64,000 bases of DNA from Prochlorococcus sp. AG-355-B18 (GCA_003280965.1 QCDI01000006.1:32001-96000), one strand, 5' to 3'; counted from the stretch's first letter, positions 33,763-44,405 are shown. Notes: generated from the sequence alone by a model not told the origin. Made by a program: numbers and translations.

Positions 33763-34876
33763 GAAGTTCTAAATAGAAAATATTTTTCTTCTTAAGATGG
33801 TTTAACTCCTCATTATGGTCAGTTGAGTAATTTCCTAACAATTTCAAGTCCCCCCCAATTTGTTTTGCTAATTTTCTTGCTAAAAAAAGTCCCACACCAG
33901 TACCGTCCTTTTTCTTAGCAGCAGATCCTCTAAAACCTTTTTGAAAAATTTTCTCATTTTCATTTTTGGTTATTTTTTTCCCATCATCAAATATGCAAAG
34001 ACCTTTACTTGTCATTGTGATCCCAATTTCAGCATCTTTTTGAGCATATTTAAAAGCATTTTCTAATAAATTGGCCACTATTTCAGCGATTACAGCATAT
34101 TTTGCATTTACTGGCGATAAAGTCCAATCTGGCCAAAGAGAAGGTTCTACCCAATCTCTATTTTCTAATTTCGCATTAGCTTTACCCCTTTCTAGAATTG
34201 GCCTCAATAAACTCTGAACAGTTATTTCTTTAGTGTTATCTAAATTTGGGGGTAATAATAATCTTTCTTCTCCAATGTCCAAAGGAAGTTGAATAGGTGA
34301 ATTTAACTTTGCAAAAGAGTCCATGTATTGATTAATTTGTTTTTGCTCTATTATCATGCGTTGGACTATTTCAATAGAGTCAACATCTGAACCAAGTTTT
34401 TTAATAAGTAATTTTGCATATGTCCTTAGTGCAGCTAATGGGTTCCTTAATTGATGAATTATGACATTAACCTGATTTTTTAAAAAATTAATTTCTTTAT
34501 TTTTATTTTTACGTTCTAATTCGATAGAAACGCATTTAGCTAAAGATATTGAAAGTGCTTTTAATCTAGAATCAAGAGATACTGGCCAATTACCCCCTTT
34601 TAAATCAGTTTCTACCCTGAGGACACCAAGTAGAATATCGTTTTCTTGGAGAGGGTACCATCTTCTATTTGGAGAAGAAACTTTCAGTGAGGGGTCATCT
34701 TCAATTGAAATTAGTAGCTTATCAATTTGCGGCCATTGACCAATCATTTCAAAAGATGCTTTAGTTCCTTGTTTAGCTGAAGCAAGATACATCACTAAAT
34801 GAGTCACTCCCATTGAACAACCAAAACTCTCCAGTTGTTTTTTGACTAATTCTTCAAAATTTTTAGAGAGGTTCAT
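33740..34876 (-). CDS. soluble sensor histidine kinase, Hik2-like
   Basis: H-box HQLRNPLAALRTY, N-box NLLENAFKY, GTGVGL; GAF-like N-terminus without TM helices. Confidence 0.88.
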   Translation of the reverse strand: MNLSKNFEELVKKQLESFGCSMGVTHLVMYLASAKQGTKASFEMIGQWPQIDKLLISIEDDPSLKVSSPNRRWYPLQENDILLGVLRVETDLKGGNWPVSLDSRLKALSISLAKCVSIELERKNKNKEINFLKNQVNVIIHQLRNPLAALRTYAKLLIKKLGSDVDSIEIVQRMIIEQKQINQYMDSFAKLNSPIQLPLDIGEERLLLPPNLDNTKEITVQSLLRPILERGKANAKLENRDWVEPSLWPDWTLSPVNAKYAVIAEIVANLLENAFKYAQKDAEIGITMTSKGLCIFDDGKKITKNENEKIFQKGFRGSAAKKKDGTGVGLFLARKLAKQIGGDLKLLGNYSTDHNEELNHLKKKNIFYLELPTKELHT

Positions 34877-34922
34877 AGTGAATGAAATTTTGAATAATTT
34901 TTAAAAAAAATTGAAAAAGGGC

Positions 34923-34950
34923 TTGTAAAATATGAAAAAAGTATTAAGAT
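34923..34950 (+). promoter_or_regulatory. candidate sigma70 promoter for the 35127 gene
   Basis: TTGTAA(34923-34928)-N16-TAAGAT(34945-34950). Confidence 0.4.
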
Positions 34951-35126
34951 ATAAAAAGAGGTCTGACTTTAGCCAGCCTTAAATATGAACATTTGATCAT
35001 ATTTTAAGCTACATCAGGGGTTGATGGGTCCTCTATGTATTTTGAAGTGAATTCAAAGATCATAGATATAAGATTAGTAAAAATAAATAAGACTAATCTA
35101 ATTAATAATTTCAGGAGTACCAAGCA

Positions 35127-35495
35127 ATGTCAAAAAAAAGAAAAAGAATCAGCAGAAGAAGATTGGCTGGTCAAAGAGTCATGGCTCATGTACCTATTTA
35201 TCATATCGAAACAGGCAACCATAAACCAGTGACTGCTGCAAGAAGATTCATAGCTGAAAATGCATTATCTGCCCCTTCAGTTTTCAATGTTAGAAGAAAT
35301 GAACATACAACTGATAGATTTTTTTGGGGTGAAAAAGGTTTATTTAGCGCCCAATACGCTGAAGAAAATCATTTTTTGTTCCCATCATTAAAGGTAGTAG
35401 TTGAAGGCATTGGAGAAGAGAAAATATTTGAAGGTCTAGAACTTACTGCAGATGATTGGGAAGAAATTGAAGAATACGAATATGCTTTCGTTTAA
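35127..35495 (+). CDS. conserved cyanobacterial protein (DUF3155-like)
   Basis: Basic N-terminus MSKKRKRISRRRL, HKPVTAARRFI; AGGAG RBS at 35113-35117. Confidence 0.8.
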   Translation: MSKKRKRISRRRLAGQRVMAHVPIYHIETGNHKPVTAARRFIAENALSAPSVFNVRRNEHTTDRFFWGEKGLFSAQYAEENHFLFPSLKVVVEGIGEEKIFEGLELTADDWEEIEEYEYAFV

Positions 35496-36109
35496 AAAAT
35501 ACTGCTTATCTTTGTACTTATAAAATCAATTAAATTTGAATCGATTTGATGGAATCCATCAAATTCTATTAATTCACATAATTTAGAAGACTTGCATTTA
35601 ACTTGTTTATAAATACTCCTAGAAGCCTCTATAGGTACTACATCATCAAATAAGCCATGGCTAATAATCAGTGGTGGGCATTTTTCTCCTAGAGCCCAGG
35701 ATGGATGAGGGTAGCCACTACAAGCAACAATTAATCCTAAATTTAGTCTAAAGCCTGCATCAATTGCCATTGCTGCTCCCTGAGAGAAACCTAACAAAAT
35801 TGTTTTTTTGAGTGAAATTTGATCAGTATCAAAATTTTTTAATGTAGCTAGAAGTTTGTTTACCTCTCCCTCAGCCCCATTCCAATCATGAGGATACAAT
35901 CCATACCACTGTCTTCCCTCACCACTTGGATGTAATCCTGGGGCCCTCAAGGAAATTACCTCAAAATCAAAATCTATTTTTTCAGTAATCTCCTTTCCGA
36001 GTGTTAAGAGGTCATCTGCATCAGCTCCCCAACCATGTATCAAAATAATTCTATGAGTTGCAGTTTGAGAGCTAATCGAGACATATTCATGATTGATATT
36101 GTGTTTCAT
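35492..36109 (-). CDS. alpha/beta hydrolase (phospholipase/carboxylesterase)
   Basis: HGWGA, GFSQG nucleophile elbow, HG..DDVVP. Confidence 0.9.
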   Translation of the reverse strand: MKHNINHEYVSISSQTATHRIILIHGWGADADDLLTLGKEITEKIDFDFEVISLRAPGLHPSGEGRQWYGLYPHDWNGAEGEVNKLLATLKNFDTDQISLKKTILLGFSQGAAMAIDAGFRLNLGLIVACSGYPHPSWALGEKCPPLIISHGLFDDVVPIEASRSIYKQVKCKSSKLCELIEFDGFHQIDSNLIDFISTKISSIF

Positions 36110-36142
36110 GTTTATATTCTTAAGTAAGCAAACTTTCCCATA

Positions 36143-37696
36143 ATGTCACCATTAGCCTTAGTAAGTGTCTCAGATAAAAAAAATATAATCCAATTTTGTA
36201 AAGAATTGGTAGAAAAATTTAATTATAAAATTCTATCAAGTGGTGGAACTGCCAACCATCTTATAGAGGCAAAAATTCCAGTTGTTAAAGTTTCAGATTT
36301 TACTAATTCTCCAGAAATCCTTGGAGGAAGAGTTAAAACTTTGCATCCGAAAATCCACGGAGGAATATTAGCTAAAAGAACTGATAATGAACATAAAAAA
36401 GACATAGTAGAAAACCATCTTGAACTAATTGACTTAGTAGTTGTAAATTTATATCCTTTTAAGAAAACTATTGAAAAGGGATCTAAGTGGGAAGATGCGA
36501 TTGAAAATATAGATATCGGAGGGCCATCAATGATTCGTTCTGCAGCTAAAAATCACAAAGACGTTTCAGTTTTAGTAGACCCTAGTCAATATCAAGAATT
36601 TCTCGAAGAAAGTAAAAAAGGGGGATTAAATGAATCATATAAAGCAAAATTAGCCTTTGAAGCTTTTCAACATACAGCTGACTATGACACTGCAATATCA
36701 AATTGGATAAGTAAAGAGAAAAGTTTACAATCTTCCAAATATATTAAATCTTATCCTCTGATTAAGACCTTAAGATATGGGGAAAATCCTCATCAAAAAG
36801 CTTTTTGGTATGGTTTAAATAAGATTGGATGGAACGCAGCAGAACAATTACAAGGTAAAGAATTGAGTTATAACAATCTATTGGATCTTGAGTCAGCTCT
36901 TTCAACAGTTTTAGAATTTGGCTATGACCAGAAAGATGATATCTTAACAAATAAATTTGCCTCTATAATTCTAAAACACAATAATCCTTGTGGTGCCTCT
37001 ATAAGTAATTCAGCCTCTCAAGCATTTTTGAATGCTTTGGAATGTGACTCAGTTAGTGCATTTGGAGGAATAGTCGCTTTTAATTCTAATGTAGATAGTG
37101 AAACGGCAATTAACCTTAAAGATATTTTCTTAGAGTGTGTTGTTGCTCCATCCTTTGATGAAGAAGCTTTAGAAATTTTAAAAATCAAAAAGAATTTAAG
37201 AATTTTAAAATTATCAAAAGATGCACTTCAAAAAAAGAACCAAAATTCTAATAAATCAATAATGGGAGGATTACTTGTTCAAGAAAATGATGATAGTGAA
37301 GATAAAACTGAAAGTTGGATTTCAGTAACTAAAAAGAATCCCAGTAATAAGATGAATTTAGATCTAAATTTTGCATGGAAAATTTGTAAACACGTAAAAT
37401 CAAATGCAATTGTGATTGCAAAAGACCAAAAAACTATTGGAATTGGAGCTGGACAAATGAATAGAGTTGGGGCGGCAAAAATAGCATTGACAGCAGCTAA
37501 AGAATCATGTTCTGAAGCCGTTTTAGCAAGCGATGGGTTTTTCCCATTTGCTGATACCGTAGAACTTGCAAATCAGTATGGAATAAAAGCAATTATCCAA
37601 CCTGGAGGTAGTTTGAGGGACCAAGAAAGTATTGATATGTGTAATTCGAAAGGAATATCAATGGTGTTTACGCAAAAAAGACATTTTTTGCATTAA
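36143..37696 (+). CDS. purH: bifunctional AICAR formyltransferase/IMP cyclohydrolase
   Basis: GRVKTLHP, IDIGGP, RYGENPHQ, ASDGFFPF, RHFLH. Confidence 0.98.
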   Translation: MSPLALVSVSDKKNIIQFCKELVEKFNYKILSSGGTANHLIEAKIPVVKVSDFTNSPEILGGRVKTLHPKIHGGILAKRTDNEHKKDIVENHLELIDLVVVNLYPFKKTIEKGSKWEDAIENIDIGGPSMIRSAAKNHKDVSVLVDPSQYQEFLEESKKGGLNESYKAKLAFEAFQHTADYDTAISNWISKEKSLQSSKYIKSYPLIKTLRYGENPHQKAFWYGLNKIGWNAAEQLQGKELSYNNLLDLESALSTVLEFGYDQKDDILTNKFASIILKHNNPCGASISNSASQAFLNALECDSVSAFGGIVAFNSNVDSETAINLKDIFLECVVAPSFDEEALEILKIKKNLRILKLSKDALQKKNQNSNKSIMGGLLVQENDDSEDKTESWISVTKKNPSNKMNLDLNFAWKICKHVKSNAIVIAKDQKTIGIGAGQMNRVGAAKIALTAAKESCSEAVLASDGFFPFADTVELANQYGIKAIIQPGGSLRDQESIDMCNSKGISMVFTQKRHFLH

Positions 37697-37697
37697 G

Positions 37698-38258
37698 TTA
37701 GGTTGATTTTGGATAATATGTAATCTTGTTGGTCTTTCTAAATAAAGAGAGTCTGCCTGGGCCTGCACATAGAAAGTAAAGAGAAATAGCCCCATATATA
37801 AAAGACAATTCGAAAGCATAATTGTGACTCTCAACCACTGCAAGTGGAAAACCTTCTAATCCAGTATCTAAGAGATGAAAATAAACAGCAAATGCCATTG
37901 TGGAGAATAGCCCTAGAGAAGAAAGCCTAGCAAAAATCCCTAAAGCCAATCCTACTGGGCAAACTAATTGAGTGATAGCTGCTCCAAAAGTCCAAATAAC
38001 AGGGTCACCCGGCAAAAAAGGAAAATACTTACCAACTACAAACTCAGCAAAACCTTGTGGATCCTGAAGTTTCTCTAGGCCATGGTGAATCATCAAAGCA
38101 CAAAACCCAATTCTTAAAATAAAAATTGATAATTCTCCAAGGATATTTACTTCTGACCCTGAAGATGAATTGGCAACAACAACTTCAACTTTTTGGGGAG
38201 CTTTAGTTCTATTCATACTGGCTGTTTGAGCCTGATTAGCCTGAGTTTTGTCTTCCAT
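37698..38258 (-). CDS. DoxX family membrane protein
   Basis: LRIG...HHGLEKL, GPGRLSL, about four hydrophobic helices. Confidence 0.82.
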   Translation of the reverse strand: MEDKTQANQAQTASMNRTKAPQKVEVVVANSSSGSEVNILGELSIFILRIGFCALMIHHGLEKLQDPQGFAEFVVGKYFPFLPGDPVIWTFGAAITQLVCPVGLALGIFARLSSLGLFSTMAFAVYFHLLDTGLEGFPLAVVESHNYAFELSFIYGAISLYFLCAGPGRLSLFRKTNKITYYPKST

Positions 38259-38360
38259 ACTTCATAAATTTTCCATTATTCTAGTAAATAAGAAGATCTT
38301 TAGGAAATATCTGAGTAATAAATTAAAAAAACTAAGCAAAGTTTTCAATGCTAGTCAAAT

Positions 38361-39557
38361 TCAGCAAGCAATAGCAATTAACTTTTCAATCACATCTGCA
38401 ACAACTTTGTCAGGAGTAGATGCGCCAGAAGTAATTCCAACATTAATATTTCCACTAGGTAAAAAATTATTTTTAAGTTCTAAATCTGATCCTAGTGGTT
38501 TATGCAATATTGAGTTTTCTTCAACTGATATCCTCTCAGGAGTATCTATGTGAAAAGAAGAAATATTCTTAGTAATGGCTATTTCCTGTAAATGTGTAGT
38601 ATTAGATGAATTGAAACCTCCTATAACAACAAGAATGTCAAGTTCTTCATCAACCAAAGAAAACATAGCATCTTGTCTTTCTTCCGTAGCATCACAAATT
38701 GTATTAAAAGCTAAAAAGTGACTATTTATGTTTTCTGGTCCAAATTTTTTTAACATTGTTTTTTCAAAAACTTTTCCAATTTCCTCGGTCTCACTTTTAA
38801 GCATAGTTGTCTGGTTAGCAACTCCGACTCTATCTAAATCTTTATCAGGATCAAATCCAGTAGAAAAAGCTTTAGCAAATTTATTCATAAATTCATTTCT
38901 GTTTCCTCTACCCAGAATATATTCAGATACATAATTTGCTTCTTCTAGATCTAGCACCACTAAATATTTGCCTGCAAATGAGCTAGTAGCTAGAGTCTCT
39001 TCATGCTTAAATTTTCCATGAATGATAGATGTAAAAACATGTTTTTTATGTTTCTCAACAGTATGCCAAACCTTAGAAACCCAAGGGCAAGTTGTATCTA
39101 TTATGTGACATCCTTTCTCATGAAGTAGTTTCATTTCTTGAACAGTGGCACCGAAAGCAGGCAATATAACTACGTCACCATCAGAGACTGACGAAAAATC
39201 TTTAATTCCATTTTTGGCTGAAATAAATTTAACATCCATTTTCCTTAAATGATCATTTACTGAGGGATTATGAATTATTTCGTTTGTTATCCAAATATTC
39301 TCATTAGGATAATGTCTTCTAGTCTCATAAGCCATTGCCACAGCTCTTTCGACGCCCCAACAAAAACCAAAAGCTTTAGCTAACTTTATATTTAATCTAC
39401 CTTTTGTATAATTAAAACCATTATCTCTTATTGAGGATATCAAATCACTTTGGTAAGCTTCTTCTAACGCTTGTGCTCTTTTTGTTGGAGAATCGAAACC
39501 CCTTCTATTGTATCTATCAGAATGATGAAGGGATCTTCTAAAAGCTTGAGTATCCAT
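38361..39557 (-). CDS. ispH: 4-hydroxy-3-methylbut-2-enyl diphosphate reductase
   Basis: [35 protein letters not shown]. Confidence 0.97.
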   Translation of the reverse strand: MDTQAFRRSLHHSDRYNRRGFDSPTKRAQALEEAYQSDLISSIRDNGFNYTKGRLNIKLAKAFGFCWGVERAVAMAYETRRHYPNENIWITNEIIHNPSVNDHLRKMDVKFISAKNGIKDFSSVSDGDVVILPAFGATVQEMKLLHEKGCHIIDTTCPWVSKVWHTVEKHKKHVFTSIIHGKFKHEETLATSSFAGKYLVVLDLEEANYVSEYILGRGNRNEFMNKFAKAFSTGFDPDKDLDRVGVANQTTMLKSETEEIGKVFEKTMLKKFGPENINSHFLAFNTICDATEERQDAMFSLVDEELDILVVIGGFNSSNTTHLQEIAITKNISSFHIDTPERISVEENSILHKPLGSDLELKNNFLPSGNINVGITSGASTPDKVVADVIEKLIAIAC

Positions 39558-39593
39558 GTTTTAGATATTACAACATTCTAAACAATTTTTTGT

Positions 39594-39627
39594 AAAAAAA
39601 AAGAAACCTGACATAAGTCAGGTTTCT
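39594..39627 (-). terminator. rho-independent terminator of amt1
   Basis: Perfect 11-bp stem AGAAACCTGAC/GTCAGGTTTCT (39602-39627) with 4-nt loop, followed on the minus strand by T8, 20 nt after the amt1 stop. Confidence 0.9.
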
Positions 39628-39647
39628 AAAATCAATTTTAAGTTAGA

Positions 39648-41108
39648 TTATTTAGCAGATGCAAAGTCAGGATATGCTTCCATTCCATGCTCTCCTATAT
39701 CTAGGCCTTGAGTCTCTTCCTCTTCAGATACTCGGATTCCTCCAAATAATCCTCCAATTACGGACCAAGCGATCCAGCAAGTAACTAGTGTCCAGATAGC
39801 ATAAGCTGCGGCACCAAGAGCTTGAACAAATAGAAGAGTAATACCTCCACCATTGAACAATCCCATACCTGCTCCATCTCCTTGTACAGCTGTACCCCAA
39901 AGACCAATAACTACAGTACCCCATACACCACAAACTCCGTGAACAGAGAATGCGCCTACAGGATCATCGATCTCAGCAGCATCAAGTGCTGCAACAGAAA
40001 ATACAACAATTACTCCTCCAACTAGTCCTGCGAACCAGGCTCCAGCAAGAGTCATGTCACCACAACCGGCAGTGATACTAACCAAACCAGCAAGGATTCC
40101 GTTAATAATCATTGTAAGATCAGGTTTACCAGAGGTTAATGTTGAAACAACAGTTGCTCCTATAGCGCCAGCTGCGGCTGCCAAAGTAGTTGTTACAGCA
40201 ACATATGGAACCCATTGATCCATAGCAAGTTGAGAACCAGGGTTAAATCCATACCAACCTATCCATAGAACTAATGCACCTAAAGTAGCTATAGCCATAT
40301 TGTGTCCTGGCATAGCCTGAGGTTTTCCATCAGAGTATTTGCCAATTCTTGGTCCAAGAAGCATAGCTCCTACAAGACCTGCCCATGCTCCAACTGAGTG
40401 AACGATTGAAGAACCTGCAAAATCAACAAAACCTAACGAATCAAGCCAACCACCATTCCATTTCCAGCTACCAGCAATTGGATAAATAAATGCAGTTAAT
40501 ACAATCGCAAAAACAACAAATTCTCCAAATTTAACTCTTTCAGCAACAAGACCGGAAACGATAGTTGCCGCAGTTCCTGCAAATGCAGACTGGAACAAGA
40601 AATCAACAGTTGGGACTAATCCAGCATCAGTAACCATATCTGCGGTAACTGTTGGATCAAAAAATAAGCCGCCAAAATAAAGCCATCCGTCAGCAACACT
40701 TCCTCCGTACATTAATGAATAGCCGATAAACCAATAAGAAGTTACAGCTAGAGCAAATACAAAGAGGTTTTTAGCAAGGATGTTAACAGCGTTCTTAGAA
40801 CGGCACATTCCTGCCTCAACCATAGCGAAACCAGCGTTCATGAAGATCACTAAGATAGTAGCGATCAAAAGCCATAAATTGTTAGCAAGAAAAGCTGCAT
40901 TCAACTCAGGTAAATCAGCTGCATGAGCTGAAAGATTGAAAATACCTAAACCAAACAAAGCTAGGGGAACAGTTGCAAGCCACAACATAGAGCGGTTTGA
41001 ACTAAATCCTCGAATACTCCTCAAAAGGAGCATAGGTCCATTTACAAGACTTGCATCTTGAAGTTTGGACCTAGAGCGCCTTTGAGGCGTTTGCAAAGCA
41101 GTGGTCAT
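39648..41108 (-). CDS. amt1: ammonium transporter Amt1
   Basis: FMNAGFAMVEAG, DFAGSSIVH, WYGFNPGS, DDPVGAFSVHG, GLDIGEHG. Confidence 0.98.
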   Translation of the reverse strand: MTTALQTPQRRSRSKLQDASLVNGPMLLLRSIRGFSSNRSMLWLATVPLALFGLGIFNLSAHAADLPELNAAFLANNLWLLIATILVIFMNAGFAMVEAGMCRSKNAVNILAKNLFVFALAVTSYWFIGYSLMYGGSVADGWLYFGGLFFDPTVTADMVTDAGLVPTVDFLFQSAFAGTAATIVSGLVAERVKFGEFVVFAIVLTAFIYPIAGSWKWNGGWLDSLGFVDFAGSSIVHSVGAWAGLVGAMLLGPRIGKYSDGKPQAMPGHNMAIATLGALVLWIGWYGFNPGSQLAMDQWVPYVAVTTTLAAAAGAIGATVVSTLTSGKPDLTMIINGILAGLVSITAGCGDMTLAGAWFAGLVGGVIVVFSVAALDAAEIDDPVGAFSVHGVCGVWGTVVIGLWGTAVQGDGAGMGLFNGGGITLLFVQALGAAAYAIWTLVTCWIAWSVIGGLFGGIRVSEEEETQGLDIGEHGMEAYPDFASAK

Positions 41109-41162
41109 AAAAAAAAATTAGATCTGCAAAAAAACAGTTTGTGCTGTTTCCTTTCAAATTTA

Positions 41163-41205
41163 AATTTATTCAAAAAACTTATCAGTGTCTAGTAGTTGTT
41201 TATAC
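41163..41205 (-). promoter_or_regulatory. NtcA-activated promoter of amt1
   Basis: Minus strand GTA-TAAACAAC-TAC (41205-41192), 23 nt spacer, then -10 TAAATT (41168-41163). Confidence 0.85.
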
Positions 41206-41282
41206 CAATTTTATAGTTGCACCTTAAAAAATTATTTGTTAATTTAAAAAATTTTTTCTTTTTAGTAACAAAATAACTAATT

Positions 41283-42029
41283 TCATCGCATTTTCAAAGG
41301 TTTAATTCCATTCCATGTTATGTGGTCTTTATGAAAAATGAAGGAGCAAGGGATAATTATCATACCTGCATTCAAAGATTCTCTAAAAAGCTTGCCATAT
41401 AAGGGGTCTGCCTCATCTCCAGGAGCAAAAAAATTAGCATCTTCTCTCGTAATACAGGGTACTAAAACACTTTTACTCCTTGGAATTAGTTCTTTTAATT
41501 CTATAAGGTGTTTTTGTCCTCTTTTCGTTACTGTATCTGGGAAAAGAGCAATATCTTTTGTAATCCATGTAGTGTTTTTTACCTCTATGTAAATGTTACG
41601 ATTATCAGGATTTGAAGATTTTGGAGTTAAAAAAAAGTCAATTCTGCTTTTTTTATCCTTTCCATAAGGCACTTCAGATTTAATTATCTCTATTTCTCCA
41701 ATTTTTTCTCTTAGCAAGTCTTTCTCAATTACCTTTTTAACTAACTTATTTGCAAAAAGAGTATTTATTCCAACCCAGACCTCATTGTTGTTTGTACCTA
41801 AAACACTTATCTGTTCCAAAGTAAATGGCAATTTTCTTTTCGGAGAAGGAGAAACACTGATTCTTACTTTTGCTCTCTCGGTTAAAAGTCCCTTCATAGG
41901 ACCTGTATTAGCGCAATGCGCAGTTACTATCTCTCCACTCTCTAGTTTAATGTCCGCAAGAAACCTTTTATACCGCTTAATTAAGACCCCTTCAATTAAT
42001 GGATCAAATTCAATTATCCGCTCATTCAT
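41283..42029 (-). CDS. sfsA: DNA/RNA nuclease SfsA
   Basis: [38 protein letters not shown]. Confidence 0.94.
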   Translation of the reverse strand: MNERIIEFDPLIEGVLIKRYKRFLADIKLESGEIVTAHCANTGPMKGLLTERAKVRISVSPSPKRKLPFTLEQISVLGTNNNEVWVGINTLFANKLVKKVIEKDLLREKIGEIEIIKSEVPYGKDKKSRIDFFLTPKSSNPDNRNIYIEVKNTTWITKDIALFPDTVTKRGQKHLIELKELIPRSKSVLVPCITREDANFFAPGDEADPLYGKLFRESLNAGMIIIPCSFIFHKDHITWNGIKPLKMR

Positions 42030-42104
42030 AAAATATGTCCCTAGTTAAAAATCAAATATAATTGAAACTCAATCTTCTTGAAAAAAATTTTTTTGCTAAA
42101 CCAA

Positions 42105-43688
42105 ATGCATTCTTTTTTAAAAAATAGTGTTTTTTCAATTTCATTTGGTACGAGTCTTAGTAAATTAGCTGGATGTATACGTCAAATATTTATAGCTGCT
42201 GCTTTTGGGGTTGGGATAATATATGACGCATTTAATTATGCATATATAATTCCAGGGTTTTTGCTCATAATCGTTGGAGGGATTAATGGTCCATTACATA
42301 ATGCTGTAGTTGCAGTTCTTACCCCTCTTAACAAAAAAAATGGAGGGATTGTTCTAACTCAAGTAAGCATAAAACTTTCAATAATATTATTAGGTTTTGC
42401 TATATTGATTTACTTCAATTCCGGGGTGTTAATTGAATTATTAGCCCCCAATTTGAGTTACGAAGCCAAATCAATTGCAACTTACCAATTAAAAATACTT
42501 ACACCTTGCATCCCTTTATCTGGCTTCATAGGTTTGAGCTTTGGCGCCTTAAATTCCCGTCGTAAATTCTTTTTATCAAGTATAAGCCCAGCCATAACAA
42601 GCATAACTACTATTCTTTTTATCTTAATTAGTTGGATTTTTAACCAAGAAAATACATTTTCAAATTTCCTAACTTTTACTGGATTACTAGCTTTTGCAAC
42701 TTTGACAGGGACTTTTATTCAGTTTGTTGTTCAAATTTGGGAAATAAATAAAATCGGACTCTTGAGATTAGAGTCACCCTTTAAGTTATTTAAAAATGAA
42801 GAGAGGAGGATTTTCAAACTAATCGTCCCAGCATCTATTTCATCAGGTCTTAGTCAAATCAATGTGTTTATTGATATGTTTTTTGCTTCCAGTTTTCAAG
42901 GAGCTGCATCGGGATTAGCTTACGGAAACTTTCTTATACAAGCCCCATTAGGCATATTATCCAACTCATTAATTTTGCCACTACTCCCTCAATTTTCTAA
43001 ATTAAGGAGTAAAAAAGATCTTAGAGGACTACAAAAAAACTTAATGTCTGGAATTGAATACTGTTTCTTAACAAGTATATTTTTAACTGGATTTTTCATA
43101 ACTTTTAATAACCAAATTGTACAATTTGTTTTTGAAAGAGGAGCTTTTGATTATTCAGCAACTTTAAAAGTGAAGAATATATTAATTTCTTATGCAATTG
43201 GCATACCTTTTTATCTTTATAGAGATTTATTAGTAAGGACATATTACTCAATAGAAAAAACAAAATTCCCTTTTCAGTTGTCATTGGCAGGAATCATTCT
43301 TAATGCTTTTTTTGATTGGTTTTTAATTGGTGCACCAATAAAAAATTTTGAGAATCTTTCACCATATAATTTTGGTGTTGTTGGAATAATTTTATCTTCA
43401 GGAATAGTCAATTTTATAGTTTGTATTTTGCTAGCTCTCAATTTGCGAAATGAAGATATCCATTTGCCTAACTTGGATTTATTTAAGAAAATCATCCTAA
43501 TTTCATTAGCATCTTTAATAGATAGCAGAATTTGTTTTACCATTCTTAAAACTACGAATAAATTAAATTCAAATGTCGAAGAATTTTTATTATTAATATT
43601 TGGATCTCTCACTTTTTTTATAATTTATTTTTTACTTACTAAATTTTTAAAAGTTAATAAATTTAAAATTTATCAAAAAAAGATTTAG
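42105..43688 (+). CDS. murJ: lipid II flippase MurJ (MviN)
   Basis: AAAFGVG...DAF..AY.IP, INVFIDMFFAS, ERGAF; multi-pass; ATG at 42105 preferred to TTG at 42078. Confidence 0.92.
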   Translation: MHSFLKNSVFSISFGTSLSKLAGCIRQIFIAAAFGVGIIYDAFNYAYIIPGFLLIIVGGINGPLHNAVVAVLTPLNKKNGGIVLTQVSIKLSIILLGFAILIYFNSGVLIELLAPNLSYEAKSIATYQLKILTPCIPLSGFIGLSFGALNSRRKFFLSSISPAITSITTILFILISWIFNQENTFSNFLTFTGLLAFATLTGTFIQFVVQIWEINKIGLLRLESPFKLFKNEERRIFKLIVPASISSGLSQINVFIDMFFASSFQGAASGLAYGNFLIQAPLGILSNSLILPLLPQFSKLRSKKDLRGLQKNLMSGIEYCFLTSIFLTGFFITFNNQIVQFVFERGAFDYSATLKVKNILISYAIGIPFYLYRDLLVRTYYSIEKTKFPFQLSLAGIILNAFFDWFLIGAPIKNFENLSPYNFGVVGIILSSGIVNFIVCILLALNLRNEDIHLPNLDLFKKIILISLASLIDSRICFTILKTTNKLNSNVEEFLLLIFGSLTFFIIYFLLTKFLKVNKFKIYQKKI

Positions 43689-43975
43689 TTATCAAAAAAA
43701 CTATCCAATATCTCCTCTAATTCAAGAATTTGTGATGAAGTGATTAAATTAATAAGCGGAATATTGTTAATTCCATCCCCTACTTTTACATTAATTGCTT
43801 GCAAACTTATTTTTGCAGCCTCCAATGGGCCTTGGTCTTTATTGCTTAGACATTCAATAGCAAGATTCCTAGCGAGACCTGCATCTCCTAGATATAAATT
43901 CCACTTTTCTATCTTTATAAAGACCTTTTCTGAAATAATATTTGCTAGATCACTTATTAGTATCTGAGAGTTCAT
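43685..43975 (-). CDS. conserved cyanobacterial protein (DUF3181-like)
   Basis: KWNLYLGDAGLA and VKVGDG motifs. Confidence 0.7.
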   Translation of the reverse strand: MNSQILISDLANIISEKVFIKIEKWNLYLGDAGLARNLAIECLSNKDQGPLEAAKISLQAINVKVGDGINNIPLINLITSSQILELEEILDSFFDN

Positions 43976-43989
43976 AAATAAAAACTGAT

Positions 43990-44241
43990 TTAAGTTGATT
44001 GTTTTTCTAAATCTTTAGGTTTTTTTATGATTAAAAAAAGTAGATGGGACGCTAAAAGAATTGACCAGATTATTGCAAAATTGTTAAAAAAAGCGATTTC
44101 ATACTTGATTTCTTTTAAGAGGTAAGTACCACTTACAACTGCAGTAAATATCATGCAGTGAATCACAAAATTCACTATGCGAGAAAAATGTTTGTAGGTA
44201 GGATCTTCTAAATCACCATTTCCGTACCACTTTATAGGCAT
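43990..44241 (-). CDS. small two-TM conserved hypothetical protein
   Basis: 83-aa ORF, DPTY...RIVNFVIH, two hydrophobic segments. Confidence 0.65.
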   Translation of the reverse strand: MPIKWYGNGDLEDPTYKHFSRIVNFVIHCMIFTAVVSGTYLLKEIKYEIAFFNNFAIIWSILLASHLLFLIIKKPKDLEKQST

Positions 44242-44331
44242 ATTTAATGAAAATAAGATTGTTAATATTAGATATTTTACCCGAAATCTAGTTGACTAAG
44301 AGACCCTGAAACAGAGATATTACATAATTAT

Positions 44332-44405
44332 GCGCCTGTAGCTCAGTGGATTAGAGCACCTGACTACGGATCAGGGTGTCGGGAGTTCGAATCTCTCCAG
44401 GCGCG
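44332..44405 (+). tRNA. tRNA-Arg(ACG)
   Basis: Acceptor GCGCCTG/CAGGCGC, anticodon arm CCTGA-CTACGGA-TCAGG, TTCGAAT loop. Confidence 0.97.

Noticed and set aside
35035..35232. 65-aa ORF overlapping the DUF3155-like gene
   Set aside because: Out-of-frame overlap, no recognisable motif or RBS; cannot be supported as a leader peptide.
38248..38553. This and the many other 60-130 aa antisense or alternate-frame ORFs (e.g. 43274-43612, 46043-46435, 48435-48743)
   Set aside because: They shadow well-supported conserved genes and have no motifs.
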